From an archaeon (lineage in GTDB: Archaea; Iainarchaeota; Iainarchaeia; Iainarchaeales; 0-14-0-20-34-12): a stretch of DNA of 51,670 nt. Under the pieces are notes generated by a model. It saw only the letters and a program-made list of their open reading frames with translations. It had not been told where the DNA came from and searched no databases. Below are positions 1 to 9,566 of this stretch, in pieces. The position numbers and the translations under genes are program-made. Each line of letters begins with the position of its first letter. Position 1 is the stretch's first letter. The stretch lies in the NCBI GenBank assembly GCA_038046645.1, contig JBBSVU010000001.1, positions 11,078-62,747 on the forward strand. The letters run 5' to 3'.

Positions 1-126
1 GGAAAATCAACTCCGTTCAACCTGCCATCTCTGCCTGAAGAAATATTAATGCTGTTTGTTTACATATGCAGCATGGTTGCCGCAATTATGGCAATTAGAA
101 TCAGGATTAATAAGAATAAAAATTAG
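1..126 (+). CDS. 3' end of a partial gene encoding a C-terminally membrane-anchored protein
   Basis: Frame 1 reads GKSTPFNLPSLPEEILMLFVYICSMVAAIMAIRIRINKNKN* (TAG 124-126): Pro-rich motif, hydrophobic helix and basic tail. Confidence 0.6.
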   Translation, partial: GKSTPFNLPSLPEEILMLFVYICSMVAAIMAIRIRINKNKN

Positions 127-221
127 GAATATTATTCTTTTGGTTTAAACGCATTTAATTTTACTAAGCGATTTATAATTCACAAACTTAAAATAGTATC
201 AAGCGAATTAGAATTAATTTA

Positions 222-1472
222 TTAAGCAGCCCTTCTCTGCGCTGCATTTCTGTTGTTAGCTTCTTCTGCCTGCCTTCTCGCACGTTCTGCCCTTTCCCTG
301 CGGTCTGCAAGGTAAGCTACTTTTTCTTCTGGTGATTCATTTAATCTCAATTTCCTGCGCTCTAATCCATATTCCTTAAAAGGCAACATATAGGTAACAG
401 GGCGCATTGGCTTTCCTCCTTCATGTACCCCTTTATAATATTTGAACCTTGGGGCTATTGCATTGCCATACACTTTATGATATTCTGAAAGCGTTTCTCT
501 CATTGCCTTAAATACTGCTACTCTTTCTTCAGGGCTTCTTGCCTGGTCAATTGCCATTGCAATTTGCTTAAGCGGTTCTTCAAAGTTTTTTAATCCCCTT
601 ATTCTTTGCATTGTCGTAAATGCTTCACTTGCATCAGCCCTAGCCTTCCTTGCCTTTAATTTCTTGGCAATATTGCTGTCGGTAAATGGCTCAGTTATGC
701 TCCAAGGACCAAACCGCCTGAACGGTGCAATTAATGAAAGCATGCCAAAAACCGTCTTAAGAGGAACTGCTACAACATCCTTTACAATTGGCAAAATAAT
801 TCCCCTTGATTCATTTGTAAGCTTATCAGCCATTGCCTGTGCTTTTTCAAAACCCAATTCTGCCCTTCTAACATCCTCGGAAATTCCTTTTTCAATCTGG
901 CTTGCCATGCTTGTTCCATTTAATTTACTTGGCAAAGGCAATCTTCCTGGCAATGCCCAACCCATTACCTGTTCTTTTTCAACATAAGGCATTCTTGATG
1001 GGTCAAAGGGAAAGGCATGCTGGTGTTCAATATCAACCACTCCTGGAGGTAAATCATGGCCATGTTCTTCACCATGTTCTGCATGTTCTCCGTGTTCTGC
1101 TCCCTGTTCGTGTTCTTCGTGTTGCCCTTGCTCTGCACGTTCTGCGCCTTGGCCTTCTCCGTGTTCTGCTTCTGGTTCTCTTTCACCATGTTCCCTTGGT
1201 TCACCTTGGCCTCCTCTTCTTGGCCCTCTTCCATGGCCTCCATGTTCTCCTTCATATTCTATTTGAGGTTCAGCCCTTACCCTAATTCTTGGCCTTACCA
1301 CAACCTCATGCTCTCCGCCAACAACAATTGGTGCATGTGCCCTACCAACATCAACATGAACATCTGCAGCCTCATGCCTGACATTAAACCTGTCCTGGTG
1401 ATGAATATCATAATCAGCTCCGACAGGAACTCTCAAATGAGGCCTTGGCCTTCTTGGTACTCGTGGTGGCAT
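222..1472 (-). CDS. Hypothetical protein with Pro/Arg-rich N-terminus, His/Glu/Gly-rich repeat region and helical C-terminal domain
   Basis: 416-aa ORF; RBS-like GATGTGA upstream; EHGE/EHAE repeats; purine-rich coding strand. Confidence 0.8.
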   Translation of the reverse strand: MPPRVPRRPRPHLRVPVGADYDIHHQDRFNVRHEAADVHVDVGRAHAPIVVGGEHEVVVRPRIRVRAEPQIEYEGEHGGHGRGPRRGGQGEPREHGEREPEAEHGEGQGAERAEQGQHEEHEQGAEHGEHAEHGEEHGHDLPPGVVDIEHQHAFPFDPSRMPYVEKEQVMGWALPGRLPLPSKLNGTSMASQIEKGISEDVRRAELGFEKAQAMADKLTNESRGIILPIVKDVVAVPLKTVFGMLSLIAPFRRFGPWSITEPFTDSNIAKKLKARKARADASEAFTTMQRIRGLKNFEEPLKQIAMAIDQARSPEERVAVFKAMRETLSEYHKVYGNAIAPRFKYYKGVHEGGKPMRPVTYMLPFKEYGLERRKLRLNESPEEKVAYLADRRERAERARRQAEEANNRNAAQRRAA

Positions 1473-1644
1473 ATTTTCACATCAAATTTTTTATTATTTT
1501 TTATTACAAATTATTTTTTGTTTTTGATTATTTTTTTAAAAATTTTATTATTTTTTTAAATTCTAAAAATAAATTTTCTGAATTTTTTAAAATTAAATTT
1601 TTTTATCTCAAATAAAGATTACGAACATAAATGATAAATATAAT

Positions 1645-1670
1645 GCTGAAGGCAATTTATTGCCTTCAAC
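1645..1670 (-). terminator. Stem-loop downstream of the 80-aa gene
   Basis: On the minus strand GTTGAAGGCAA-TAAA-TTGCCTTCAGC, about 24 nt after the stop codon. Confidence 0.5.
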
Positions 1671-1693
1671 TAAATTGAAATTTTATATTTAAG

Positions 1694-1936
1694 TTAGTGG
1701 TGTTCTCCGCCTTCTTCGTGCCCTTCATTTCCTTTACCTTTTTTCTTTGACCAGACCCAGCCTTCCCCAGTGTAGCTCTCGGTAACTGCTGGTGCCCTGT
1801 GCTCTACATGAACCCTATCTTGATGAACAACAGGGATATTAATTCCAACCCCTATTGGCTTTATTCCCAATGGTTTTCTTGCCGGATTTTTTGGTGCTGG
1901 TTTTTTTGCTGGTGGCCTATGTACTCCTCCTGCCAT
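1694..1936 (-). CDS. Small hypothetical protein, apparent paralog of the N-terminus of 222..1472
   Basis: 80-aa ORF with GGAGATGA RBS; shares HQDRxxVxHxA motif and a Glu/Gly/His-rich tail with the neighbouring gene. Confidence 0.7.
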   Translation of the reverse strand: MAGGVHRPPAKKPAPKNPARKPLGIKPIGVGINIPVVHQDRVHVEHRAPAVTESYTGEGWVWSKKKGKGNEGHEEGGEHH

Positions 1937-2195
1937 AATAAAATCATCTCCATTTTATTTTTATTTTCATTTTTTAATGTTAAGATATTATCTATTATTA
2001 TATCAAATATATGAATTAAGGAATATTTAAATGCTACTCATGGCGTCGAACAAATAAAAATATATCTTTCATCCATTATCCTTAATAATAACGTGTTCGA
2101 CACCCTGGCTGCGATTCAAAAGGGAAAAAATGGCTGCATTTGCCAAAAAAGCCTAAATATTTGATTTTTATATATATTTATAGAAATATTACTAT

Positions 2196-5100
2196 ATGGA
2201 AATAAAAAATCAAAAAGTAATTTCATTAGGCATAATTCTGGCACTTTTGATAATTATTGATCTGTTTTTTATTTATTATATATTTATTGCTGAAACAATT
2301 ACTTTGGATGAAAAACAAACCTTTGATTTTGGCTCTGCATTAATTGAGAAACAAACATTTATTTCAGATAAGCAGCATTATGAAATATTTAATTTGATGG
2401 CATCAGATTTTTCGAATATTTCTTTGCTTGTAATTGTGCCAAAAAATCTTGCGACAAAAGCTGACGATATTTCAATAAAAACCTATTTGGGTTTTGAATT
2501 ATTTGATGATTCTGTTCTGAAATTTGAGCAGAAGAAAAATAGCAAGGAATTTTCTGCAAGGATTGATTATGAGAATAAATCTGAAGGATACTGCTCATAT
2601 GCAATAATTCTGCCAAAAAAATATCTGCAGGAATTGACAAAAGAAAAAGAAACTCTGCTGAAAGATAAATTAAACAAATATAGCAAGCAGCAAAATGACT
2701 GCTTAAAAGTTCAGGAGATAAATAAAAATTTGGCTGAAGAATTTGCAAAAATATTTACGGAGGAAAAATTCGCTGAAGAGAATTTTTCAAATGAAAAAAT
2801 TATTTTGTTTGATGCTAATTCAGACAGATTCATTGATGCACTTGATGCAGGGATAAAAAAATCAGCGAAAGGAACAGGGCAGACAAGCGGGGCAGAAAAT
2901 GCAAGCAGTAACGGAATACTGCCTGCAGAGATATTTACTCTGCAAAAATTTAATCCGTTAGATAATAAAAAATTGGATATTTTTATTACTGCAAATGCTG
3001 ACATAAAAAATGCTTTGCTGAAGATGGTTCCAGAATATGCTGAAGAAACTGCCATTCCACTAGTAATAAGAGATTTGTCAGGAAATCAAGTTACTTCTTT
3101 GGAGAAATGGAAAAAATATTCTGCAGAATGGGATGGTAGAAATGGAACTGAATTAGCTACTGCAGGGATATATTATCCAAGGATATATGACATGCAGGTG
3201 ATTATCCCATCAAATGCATTTACAAAAATAGATTATATGTTAAAAACTCCGGAATTTGAGCCTACAACACTTGATTATCTAGGGGCTCCAGAATTTGCAT
3301 TGATAAACCTGCAGATATATAAAAACAGGTTAAAATCAAGTGGAAAAACAGTAATAAGTATCTATGGTGAAAAACTGTTTGATGATATTGATGCCCTTGG
3401 TTTGCCGAAATTTGAAATCTCTGGAATTGATGATTCATTAAAAAGCAAAATGAAGGTAAAGGCTGAGATGACTTATAAGATATACCCATATGGGGTACAG
3501 ATGGGCATTCTCAAAAAAACCTTTTCAGAACAGGAAATATCAGTATTAAAAAAACTGGCAAAACACAATGATTTTGGGAATTCTGAAACATTTTATGCGC
3601 GAGCAGAATCAGAATTCCAAAAAGAATTAAATGAAGAAGAAAAAATTGCATTAAAGGGGCTATTGGAAAATAAAATTATTTATCTAGGTTATCCGCATGT
3701 GATATTTGCTGATTTAGATTTTAGCGGATTGGATTTAGATGGAATAAATTTTCCGCAATCAGGGAATATTACTTTGGATTATGGGATATATGGCAAAAAA
3801 GACATTAAATTCGGGATATACAAATATCCTTTTGAAATAATTACTGATTTAAGCGATGAATCATTCAAGAACGGATGCCTTTCTGGCTATAAGGATATAA
3901 CCGAACTAAGCGAAAAGGAAATTGAAAATAGCTTATTGAAATTTTTACGGAATATTGAAAGATATCCTGACGGATTTTGGGATAACTATCTAGAAAAACT
4001 GGTTTTATTCAATAGCCCGACTGTTGAATACAAGATGAATGAAAAGAAAAAAATTCCTTCACCGATTGAATCTGAAGACTGCATAAATGAAGGCAAATAC
4101 AGGGGAATTGTTTACCTTGATACAAATGGCCTGCTAAATTCAGAATTCTACAATTCTACTATTGATGGCATTCTTACGCACAAACTCTACCATTCATTAA
4201 GGGAACACTATGTTGCCAAGGAATATCCCGCAGAATACTATTTTGATACAGATAACATACTGCTTGATTCTTATGAAAATCCTTATTTGATTGGACCTGA
4301 TGCAGAAAAGGCAAAGGATGAATTGAAGGAATATTTATCTAAGAAATGTAAAAATTATATTGACAAATTCTTTTCACTTGCAAAACCTGAGAGGATTGCT
4401 TTTGTGAATGAAAACTGCGATAAAAAAGCATTTGATGAATTTGCAAGAAGCAGGCATTTACTCGAAAAAATCTGGAGTAATTCTAAAAATAATGTGGAAT
4501 TGGAAGAGGGTTTTGCTACGTATGCTGAGATGATTGAGAATTATTCTGAAAATCTCTCAAAAGCAGATGATGAATTCAGGAAAAAATTGGCTTATTTTAA
4601 AGAAATATTAAGAAGGGCTTCAAAAAATCAGATAAATGATGACTGGTGGGCTTCGATGTATAGTTCATCAAACAACGCAGCAACAGAACCAAATGACCTA
4701 GTTAGAATAATTAATTTATCGATGTTTGATAAAAGCCGCAATAGCCTAGAAGTAACTTTTTCAATTAAGGAAAATGTGGAAGTAATAGCAATTATGGCAT
4801 ATGCTAATGCCCCAAAAAATTGGGAAAACTTAAGCAAAAATATGAAAACAGAATGGAGATTACCCAAGCCGTATAAAGTCATATATGATACTGAAAACGA
4901 AAAGGGATCTGTAGAAGTAGACTCTGACGAAATAGATGCAATTTTGAAAAAAGGCACGCACACAAAAAAAGTAAAATATTGGCCAGAATCTGAAGGCTCA
5001 CTTATTTGTGTAATTGCAATAGTAAAGAATATACGTCAGGTAAACTGTAGATATCTAGAAACATCAATCACTGATTTTTTTACCATAATAACTGATGACA

Positions 5101-7391
5101 TTTATGACTTTTTTGAATACCTGCCAATATATTATGACGCCATCAAGGTTCCAGAATTGCTAACAATAACTCTCGACAAGGATAAAATATTTGAAGTCAG
5201 CAATCCAAATAGTTTAATAAAACTAGGAGCAAACAATGAACCATTCTTAGTTCCGCTAAAACAAAAATTATTAAAACAAACATCACATGAATTGTGCAGC
5301 GAAGCAAAATATGGAAATGATATTTCAAAAAACTGCATTGGTATTGAGGTATATGATGGGCAGGATTATTTAGTTTCACTAAATTATAAGTTTAATGCAC
5401 CAGCCAGAACCATATCGTATAATACCTATCTTGAGTATCCACTAAAATATCTTGAAGTATACCTTGAACCTCAAATGGCTAAGCACGAAAAAAAGATTGG
5501 CCGTCAGAAATATGCTAATATCAATACTACTGGCATACTTGCTGATGAAATAACTCTAGACGAGGGGCAATTTTTTGATTTATTTGGGCAGGATATTTAT
5601 ATTTGCATGGATTACAAAATAACTGAAAAGGATTCTGCACCAAAGAACATATGCACAAGAATAGATGAATTCAACCAAATAGATGCACGGTTTTTTCCTT
5701 TATTTGAAAATAATAAATGGTATTTGATAATAAAATATAATTTACCCTATCCATCTTTCTTCGACATATTTATTAAAAAAAATACTGGGGGGGTCATTAC
5801 ACAAATATCTAACCAGAAAAAAACTTTATTAAAATCAAGCAAGGATTTTGGGAAAAAATACAGTGAAATCGGCGATCATACGCTCAAAATAGAACTAGAC
5901 CAAAAAAAATATCCTGCTGGGGAATATATGGTAAGCTTTATGGCACAAATCAATACGCCAAAAGGTTATTCTGGAAACGAGCAAGCAACATTCGAAGAAA
6001 CTGGCAAGATACAGATCAGAACTTTGTCTCAAATGATTGATCTTCTATTTGGTCACGATCCGGTAATAGATAAAGATTCGGAAACAATAAAACAATTTAG
6101 GGTTAGTCCAATTATTGAGCTTGAGGTAAGCAAGCTACAAATAACAGCAAGCTATCTGCCTGAATATGCTAATGTGTTATATGAAAAGACATTCAAAAAG
6201 CCGGAAAGATCAGGTGATGATATAATATTAGATTTAAAAAATCCTCCTCTTGGCGACCATGAACTTTGCATTATTGCTTATTATCAAGGAAATCCAATAA
6301 AAAAATGCAAAGAAATAACAATTACCTCGTTTACTTTGGAAGTATTTCCCGCAACAATTGCTGAAAAGGATTCATCAATAAACCTAAAATATTCATTATC
6401 TGATTATGCTGAAGATTACGAAATTACGGTGGATAACTTGCCCATAGTACATAGAGAAGAAACAGAGCCTAAGGCATCTTCAGTATATAGTCCAGAGCAT
6501 TTCAAAAAAAAAGGACTTGGAAAAACATTGAAAGGCATTTCTCTAAAACTGATTGCAGACCCAAATGGAATCTTGCCTTTGGGCGAGCATGTTATTTGCA
6601 TTGTTATTGGCACAACAAAGGGGGATAAAAAGAAATGTGCCAAATTTAATGTAACAAAACAGCAGGCCGAAGCAGTAGAGCCAAACTATGCCTGCACTAC
6701 CCTATTAAAAGGATCTAACTCCTTTTTTGACTTTGGCAGTTTGGATATTGTTTTGGTAATACTTAATTTAGGAAAAGAAAAGATTGAAGATGTTGGAGTA
6801 AATAAAATAACCCAGCAAGCTATTAAAGAATTTATGACTGTAAAGCCGTTCAGCGAATTCTTCCTTAAGCTAAATTTTTATACAACAACAATAGACAGCA
6901 TAGGAAATTATTCGAAACTAGCAAGAAAGGCATGCCCTATGGGGGATAAATATATTTTCTTTGTTAATGTTCAGTACAGGTCTTTCGCTTACTATGGGGG
7001 AGATGCTATCGTATTTTTAAAAGAAGGGCAAGGACTGGAAGAATATCTTACAATACATGAATTCGGACATTCGTTTTGCCGCTTAGCAGATGAATATGTA
7101 TATACCCCGGTAGATGACCCTGATTTCTTCAGCAATGGACAGCAGGTATTTGATCCTTCAGAAAAGCTAAACTGTTTCAAAGAAATTGATGTGTGTCAAA
7201 ACGCGTTTAATAGTTCGCTAAGTTCGCTTTGGCTAGAAACTGTGGGAATGCCTAATTGTGAGAAGGGCTGCTCATATGAAAATTATTTGAGGCAATGGGA
7301 AAACAGCATTATGCGTGACCATAGGCAAACACATAAATTCAATCCAGCAAGTTATAAAGCATGCTATGATATACTTAGAGGGTATTCCTAA
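2196..7391 (+). CDS. Large membrane-anchored multidomain protein with C-terminal M64-family (IgA peptidase-like) zinc metallopeptidase
   Basis: N-terminal TM helix; HEFGHSFCRLADEY zincin motif (~7056) plus ENSIMR Met-turn-like motif typical of M64; Ig-like repeats ending in ExCI...KKC; second degenerate HKLYH motif. Confidence 0.85.
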   Translation: MEIKNQKVISLGIILALLIIIDLFFIYYIFIAETITLDEKQTFDFGSALIEKQTFISDKQHYEIFNLMASDFSNISLLVIVPKNLATKADDISIKTYLGFELFDDSVLKFEQKKNSKEFSARIDYENKSEGYCSYAIILPKKYLQELTKEKETLLKDKLNKYSKQQNDCLKVQEINKNLAEEFAKIFTEEKFAEENFSNEKIILFDANSDRFIDALDAGIKKSAKGTGQTSGAENASSNGILPAEIFTLQKFNPLDNKKLDIFITANADIKNALLKMVPEYAEETAIPLVIRDLSGNQVTSLEKWKKYSAEWDGRNGTELATAGIYYPRIYDMQVIIPSNAFTKIDYMLKTPEFEPTTLDYLGAPEFALINLQIYKNRLKSSGKTVISIYGEKLFDDIDALGLPKFEISGIDDSLKSKMKVKAEMTYKIYPYGVQMGILKKTFSEQEISVLKKLAKHNDFGNSETFYARAESEFQKELNEEEKIALKGLLENKIIYLGYPHVIFADLDFSGLDLDGINFPQSGNITLDYGIYGKKDIKFGIYKYPFEIITDLSDESFKNGCLSGYKDITELSEKEIENSLLKFLRNIERYPDGFWDNYLEKLVLFNSPTVEYKMNEKKKIPSPIESEDCINEGKYRGIVYLDTNGLLNSEFYNSTIDGILTHKLYHSLREHYVAKEYPAEYYFDTDNILLDSYENPYLIGPDAEKAKDELKEYLSKKCKNYIDKFFSLAKPERIAFVNENCDKKAFDEFARSRHLLEKIWSNSKNNVELEEGFATYAEMIENYSENLSKADDEFRKKLAYFKEILRRASKNQINDDWWASMYSSSNNAATEPNDLVRIINLSMFDKSRNSLEVTFSIKENVEVIAIMAYANAPKNWENLSKNMKTEWRLPKPYKVIYDTENEKGSVEVDSDEIDAILKKGTHTKKVKYWPESEGSLICVIAIVKNIRQVNCRYLETSITDFFTIITDDIYDFFEYLPIYYDAIKVPELLTITLDKDKIFEVSNPNSLIKLGANNEPFLVPLKQKLLKQTSHELCSEAKYGNDISKNCIGIEVYDGQDYLVSLNYKFNAPARTISYNTYLEYPLKYLEVYLEPQMAKHEKKIGRQKYANINTTGILADEITLDEGQFFDLFGQDIYICMDYKITEKDSAPKNICTRIDEFNQIDARFFPLFENNKWYLIIKYNLPYPSFFDIFIKKNTGGVITQISNQKKTLLKSSKDFGKKYSEIGDHTLKIELDQKKYPAGEYMVSFMAQINTPKGYSGNEQATFEETGKIQIRTLSQMIDLLFGHDPVIDKDSETIKQFRVSPIIELEVSKLQITASYLPEYANVLYEKTFKKPERSGDDIILDLKNPPLGDHELCIIAYYQGNPIKKCKEITITSFTLEVFPATIAEKDSSINLKYSLSDYAEDYEITVDNLPIVHREETEPKASSVYSPEHFKKKGLGKTLKGISLKLIADPNGILPLGEHVICIVIGTTKGDKKKCAKFNVTKQQAEAVEPNYACTTLLKGSNSFFDFGSLDIVLVILNLGKEKIEDVGVNKITQQAIKEFMTVKPFSEFFLKLNFYTTTIDSIGNYSKLARKACPMGDKYIFFVNVQYRSFAYYGGDAIVFLKEGQGLEEYLTIHEFGHSFCRLADEYVYTPVDDPDFFSNGQQVFDPSEKLNCFKEIDVCQNAFNSSLSSLWLETVGMPNCEKGCSYENYLRQWENSIMRDHRQTHKFNPASYKACYDILRGYS

Positions 7392-8008
7392 TGAAGAAAA
7401 TATTTTTACTGACATTTATATTATTGCTTTTTTATTCTGTTGCTGCGCAAACACTATCAGAAAAAAGTTATGTGCTTGATTTGAAATATACCTTGAAAAG
7501 TGATTCATTTGAATTAATGGGAATTGAAATTTACAATAGCGGTTCTCCTAATTACGTACTTGATTCTGCTGACTATTATTTCGAATTTTCTGATTTTGAA
7601 AATAAAGAAAAATTCTTTTTCGAGGTTCCTAATATAGTTTATACAGAACCGGATCCTAGCATAGATATGTTTGATGAGCAGGGAACTCAGATTTATTTTC
7701 CTGATGAAACAGATATTATAGGTAAAGAAGAGGTTACTGACTTTACCCTTGTTGTCCCGTACTCTGAAAACGCAAACAAACTAATTATAAAAGATGCCAA
7801 AGGGAAGGAAAAATTGAGTGTTGATTTAACTGCATTGAAACCTTCAGAAAAACCTGATTCAAAACTGGATGAACCAAAGGGCAAAGAATTTGATTTCAAT
7901 AGGGATGTTTTAAAAAATCCAAGCATATTGCCTATTTTATTAATTGCTACATTGATTGTTGCAATACTCTTTAGGAGGGAATTGAAAAATGAAAAGCAAA
8001 AAGATTAA
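7391..8008 (+). CDS. Secreted, C-terminally anchored protein; probable partner of the M64 peptidase
   Basis: Signal peptide, FTLVVPY motif, C-terminal TM helix plus RRELK; start overlaps the upstream stop (TAATG). Confidence 0.8.
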   Translation: MKKIFLLTFILLLFYSVAAQTLSEKSYVLDLKYTLKSDSFELMGIEIYNSGSPNYVLDSADYYFEFSDFENKEKFFFEVPNIVYTEPDPSIDMFDEQGTQIYFPDETDIIGKEEVTDFTLVVPYSENANKLIIKDAKGKEKLSVDLTALKPSEKPDSKLDEPKGKEFDFNRDVLKNPSILPILLIATLIVAILFRRELKNEKQKD

Positions 8009-8645
8009 ACAAGGAAAGCATAAAAAATCAAAACCCAAAAAGGCGGGCAAGAAACAGAAGAAATTCATTGCAATAAAAGGAATCGAAAATACCTTAGATT
8101 CATTCTTCCAGAAATTCGTGAAAAAAGAAAATTACAGAAAAGAAGCGGTAAAAGGGACTGTTTTTCTTGCGTCATTTTTGATATTGTTCGGCATAATGAA
8201 TTTTTTAATAAATGCTCTTCCTAATTTTATCCTGAATTTTGAATTATGGATTGCAAACATTATTTTGGCAATCATGCAATCCCTTGGATTTAACGGTTCA
8301 ATAATCATAATTAATGATTTGCCGATTATTGAATTGGCAAACGGGGTAAACATCCAGATTTCATATTTATGCACAGGATTGCTGGAAGCTGCAGTATTGT
8401 TGGCAGCAATCCTTGCTTCGCACGGCATTGCCTGGAAAAAAAGGATTATTGGCGCATTAGCCGGAATTGTGCTGGCACAATTGTTCAATATCACAAGGAT
8501 TCTTCTGACAATCACATTCATACTGGATTCTGACATCCAGACAATTGAGTTTGTGCACAATATTTTCTTCCGAGTAACCTTATTCATTGTGATTGTCGGG
8601 ATATATGCAGCTTGGTTCTGGATTGCAACAAGAAAGGAAAAATAA
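7989..8645 (+). CDS. Archaeosortase/exosortase-family membrane cysteine transpeptidase
   Basis: Multi-TM protein with ISYLCTG (Cys), FNITRI (Arg) and FVHN (His), matching the exosortase/archaeosortase catalytic residues. Confidence 0.85.
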   Translation: MKSKKIKQGKHKKSKPKKAGKKQKKFIAIKGIENTLDSFFQKFVKKENYRKEAVKGTVFLASFLILFGIMNFLINALPNFILNFELWIANIILAIMQSLGFNGSIIIINDLPIIELANGVNIQISYLCTGLLEAAVLLAAILASHGIAWKKRIIGALAGIVLAQLFNITRILLTITFILDSDIQTIEFVHNIFFRVTLFIVIVGIYAAWFWIATRKEK

Positions 8646-8726
8646 TTTAAGATGCCTATGCATTACCAATGAATGTAACACCCTCCATACGCACGAGTCA
8701 AATTTAAATAATGTTCCCTTAACTAT

Positions 8727-8748
8727 TTTTGTAGTGATTTTGTAGTGA
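8727..8748 (+). promoter_or_regulatory. Tandem 11-bp repeat over the TA operon start; possible antitoxin operator
   Basis: TTTTGTAGTGA twice in tandem, overlapping the GTG start at 8745. Confidence 0.4.
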
Positions 8749-9029
8749 ATATTATATGGACGCAACATGCAATGGAACGTTTCATTGAACGGGCATTGCT
8801 CTATGGGCTTTCAAGGAGTGACTTTGAAATAGAAATTAAAAAACAAGAAGTAAGAATTAACTGTGGAACTGATAAGAAATATAAAAAAACAAAGTTTGAG
8901 ACAATATGTGCAATAACGAACAGGTTTTTTACAATTGAAAAGGCGGAGGACAATAAATTAATAATTGTCATAACTTTGTGGGAATCAAGCAAAAAGGAGG
9001 TTGACTTATGGTTTTCAAAACAGAAATAA
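8745..9029 (+). CDS. DUF4258/BrnT-like (RelE-superfamily) toxin
   Basis: IIWTQHAMERFIER N-terminus and IIVITLW C-terminus; overlaps the downstream antitoxin gene. Confidence 0.75.
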   Translation: MNIIWTQHAMERFIERALLYGLSRSDFEIEIKKQEVRINCGTDKKYKKTKFETICAITNRFFTIEKAEDNKLIIVITLWESSKKEVDLWFSKQK

Positions 9030-9346
9030 AATGCCCCATATGCAGAGGCAAGGCAGTTTTATCAAAAAGCAGCATTGATTTATTCAAGGGCATAATTACC
9101 TTAAAAGAAAATCCTATCTATGAATGTATCAAATGCAGTGAGAAATTTGCCACTGGCGAAATTGTTGATAAAACATTGGAAAAAGCAAAAAAAGAATTTG
9201 GTTTTACAAGGCAGATAATATCCAGTGGCGGCAGTCTTGCAATTACCCTGCCAACAGATCTTTCAAAATACTATGGGCTTGAACAAGGAGGAAAAATAAA
9301 GTTAGTGCCAAAATCAGAAAAAGAACTAAGCATAATAATCCAATAA
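9008..9346 (+). CDS. Antitoxin: YgiT/MqsA-type zinc finger fused to an AbrB/MazE DNA-binding domain
   Basis: CPIC...CIKCSE zinc ribbon followed by RQIISSGGSLAITLP...GLEQG AbrB motif; AGGAGG RBS. Confidence 0.8.
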   Translation: MVFKTEIKCPICRGKAVLSKSSIDLFKGIITLKENPIYECIKCSEKFATGEIVDKTLEKAKKEFGFTRQIISSGGSLAITLPTDLSKYYGLEQGGKIKLVPKSEKELSIIIQ

Positions 9347-9566
9347 GCAGCTACGCAGAACGTACCAATTGAAATTGCCTGCAATATATAAAAGAATGAT
9401 ATATAAAGGGTATTGGGTAAAAATTAATTAATACGGTGTGTTGCAATATAGAAGAAATATTGCAATATATTAGCTTAAGAAAGTCAACACACCGTGAGCA
9501 TAGTTATATATTTAAGAAAATTCTATAGTAATAATTCTATAATATAGAAATATATTAAGGGATTGG

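Noticed and set aside
1040..1260. Short repeated units (TGTTCT/CCATG) that could suggest a CRISPR or repeat array
   Set aside because: They are codon repeats for EHGE/EHAE peptides; there is no constant repeat with unique spacers and no cas gene in the window.
664..1559. Overlapping ORFs 664..987, 902..1285, 965..1255 and 1056..1559
   Set aside because: Shadow frames of the repetitive 416-aa gene; their hydrophobic or repetitive translations follow from its purine-rich repeats.
1480..1610. Extremely T-rich tract
   Set aside because: Low-complexity intergenic sequence (A-rich leader of the minus-strand gene) with no discernible structure.
2091..2120. GTTCGA/GATTCAA resembling a tRNA T-loop
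   Set aside because: No cloverleaf can be formed; better explained as one arm of an inverted repeat.
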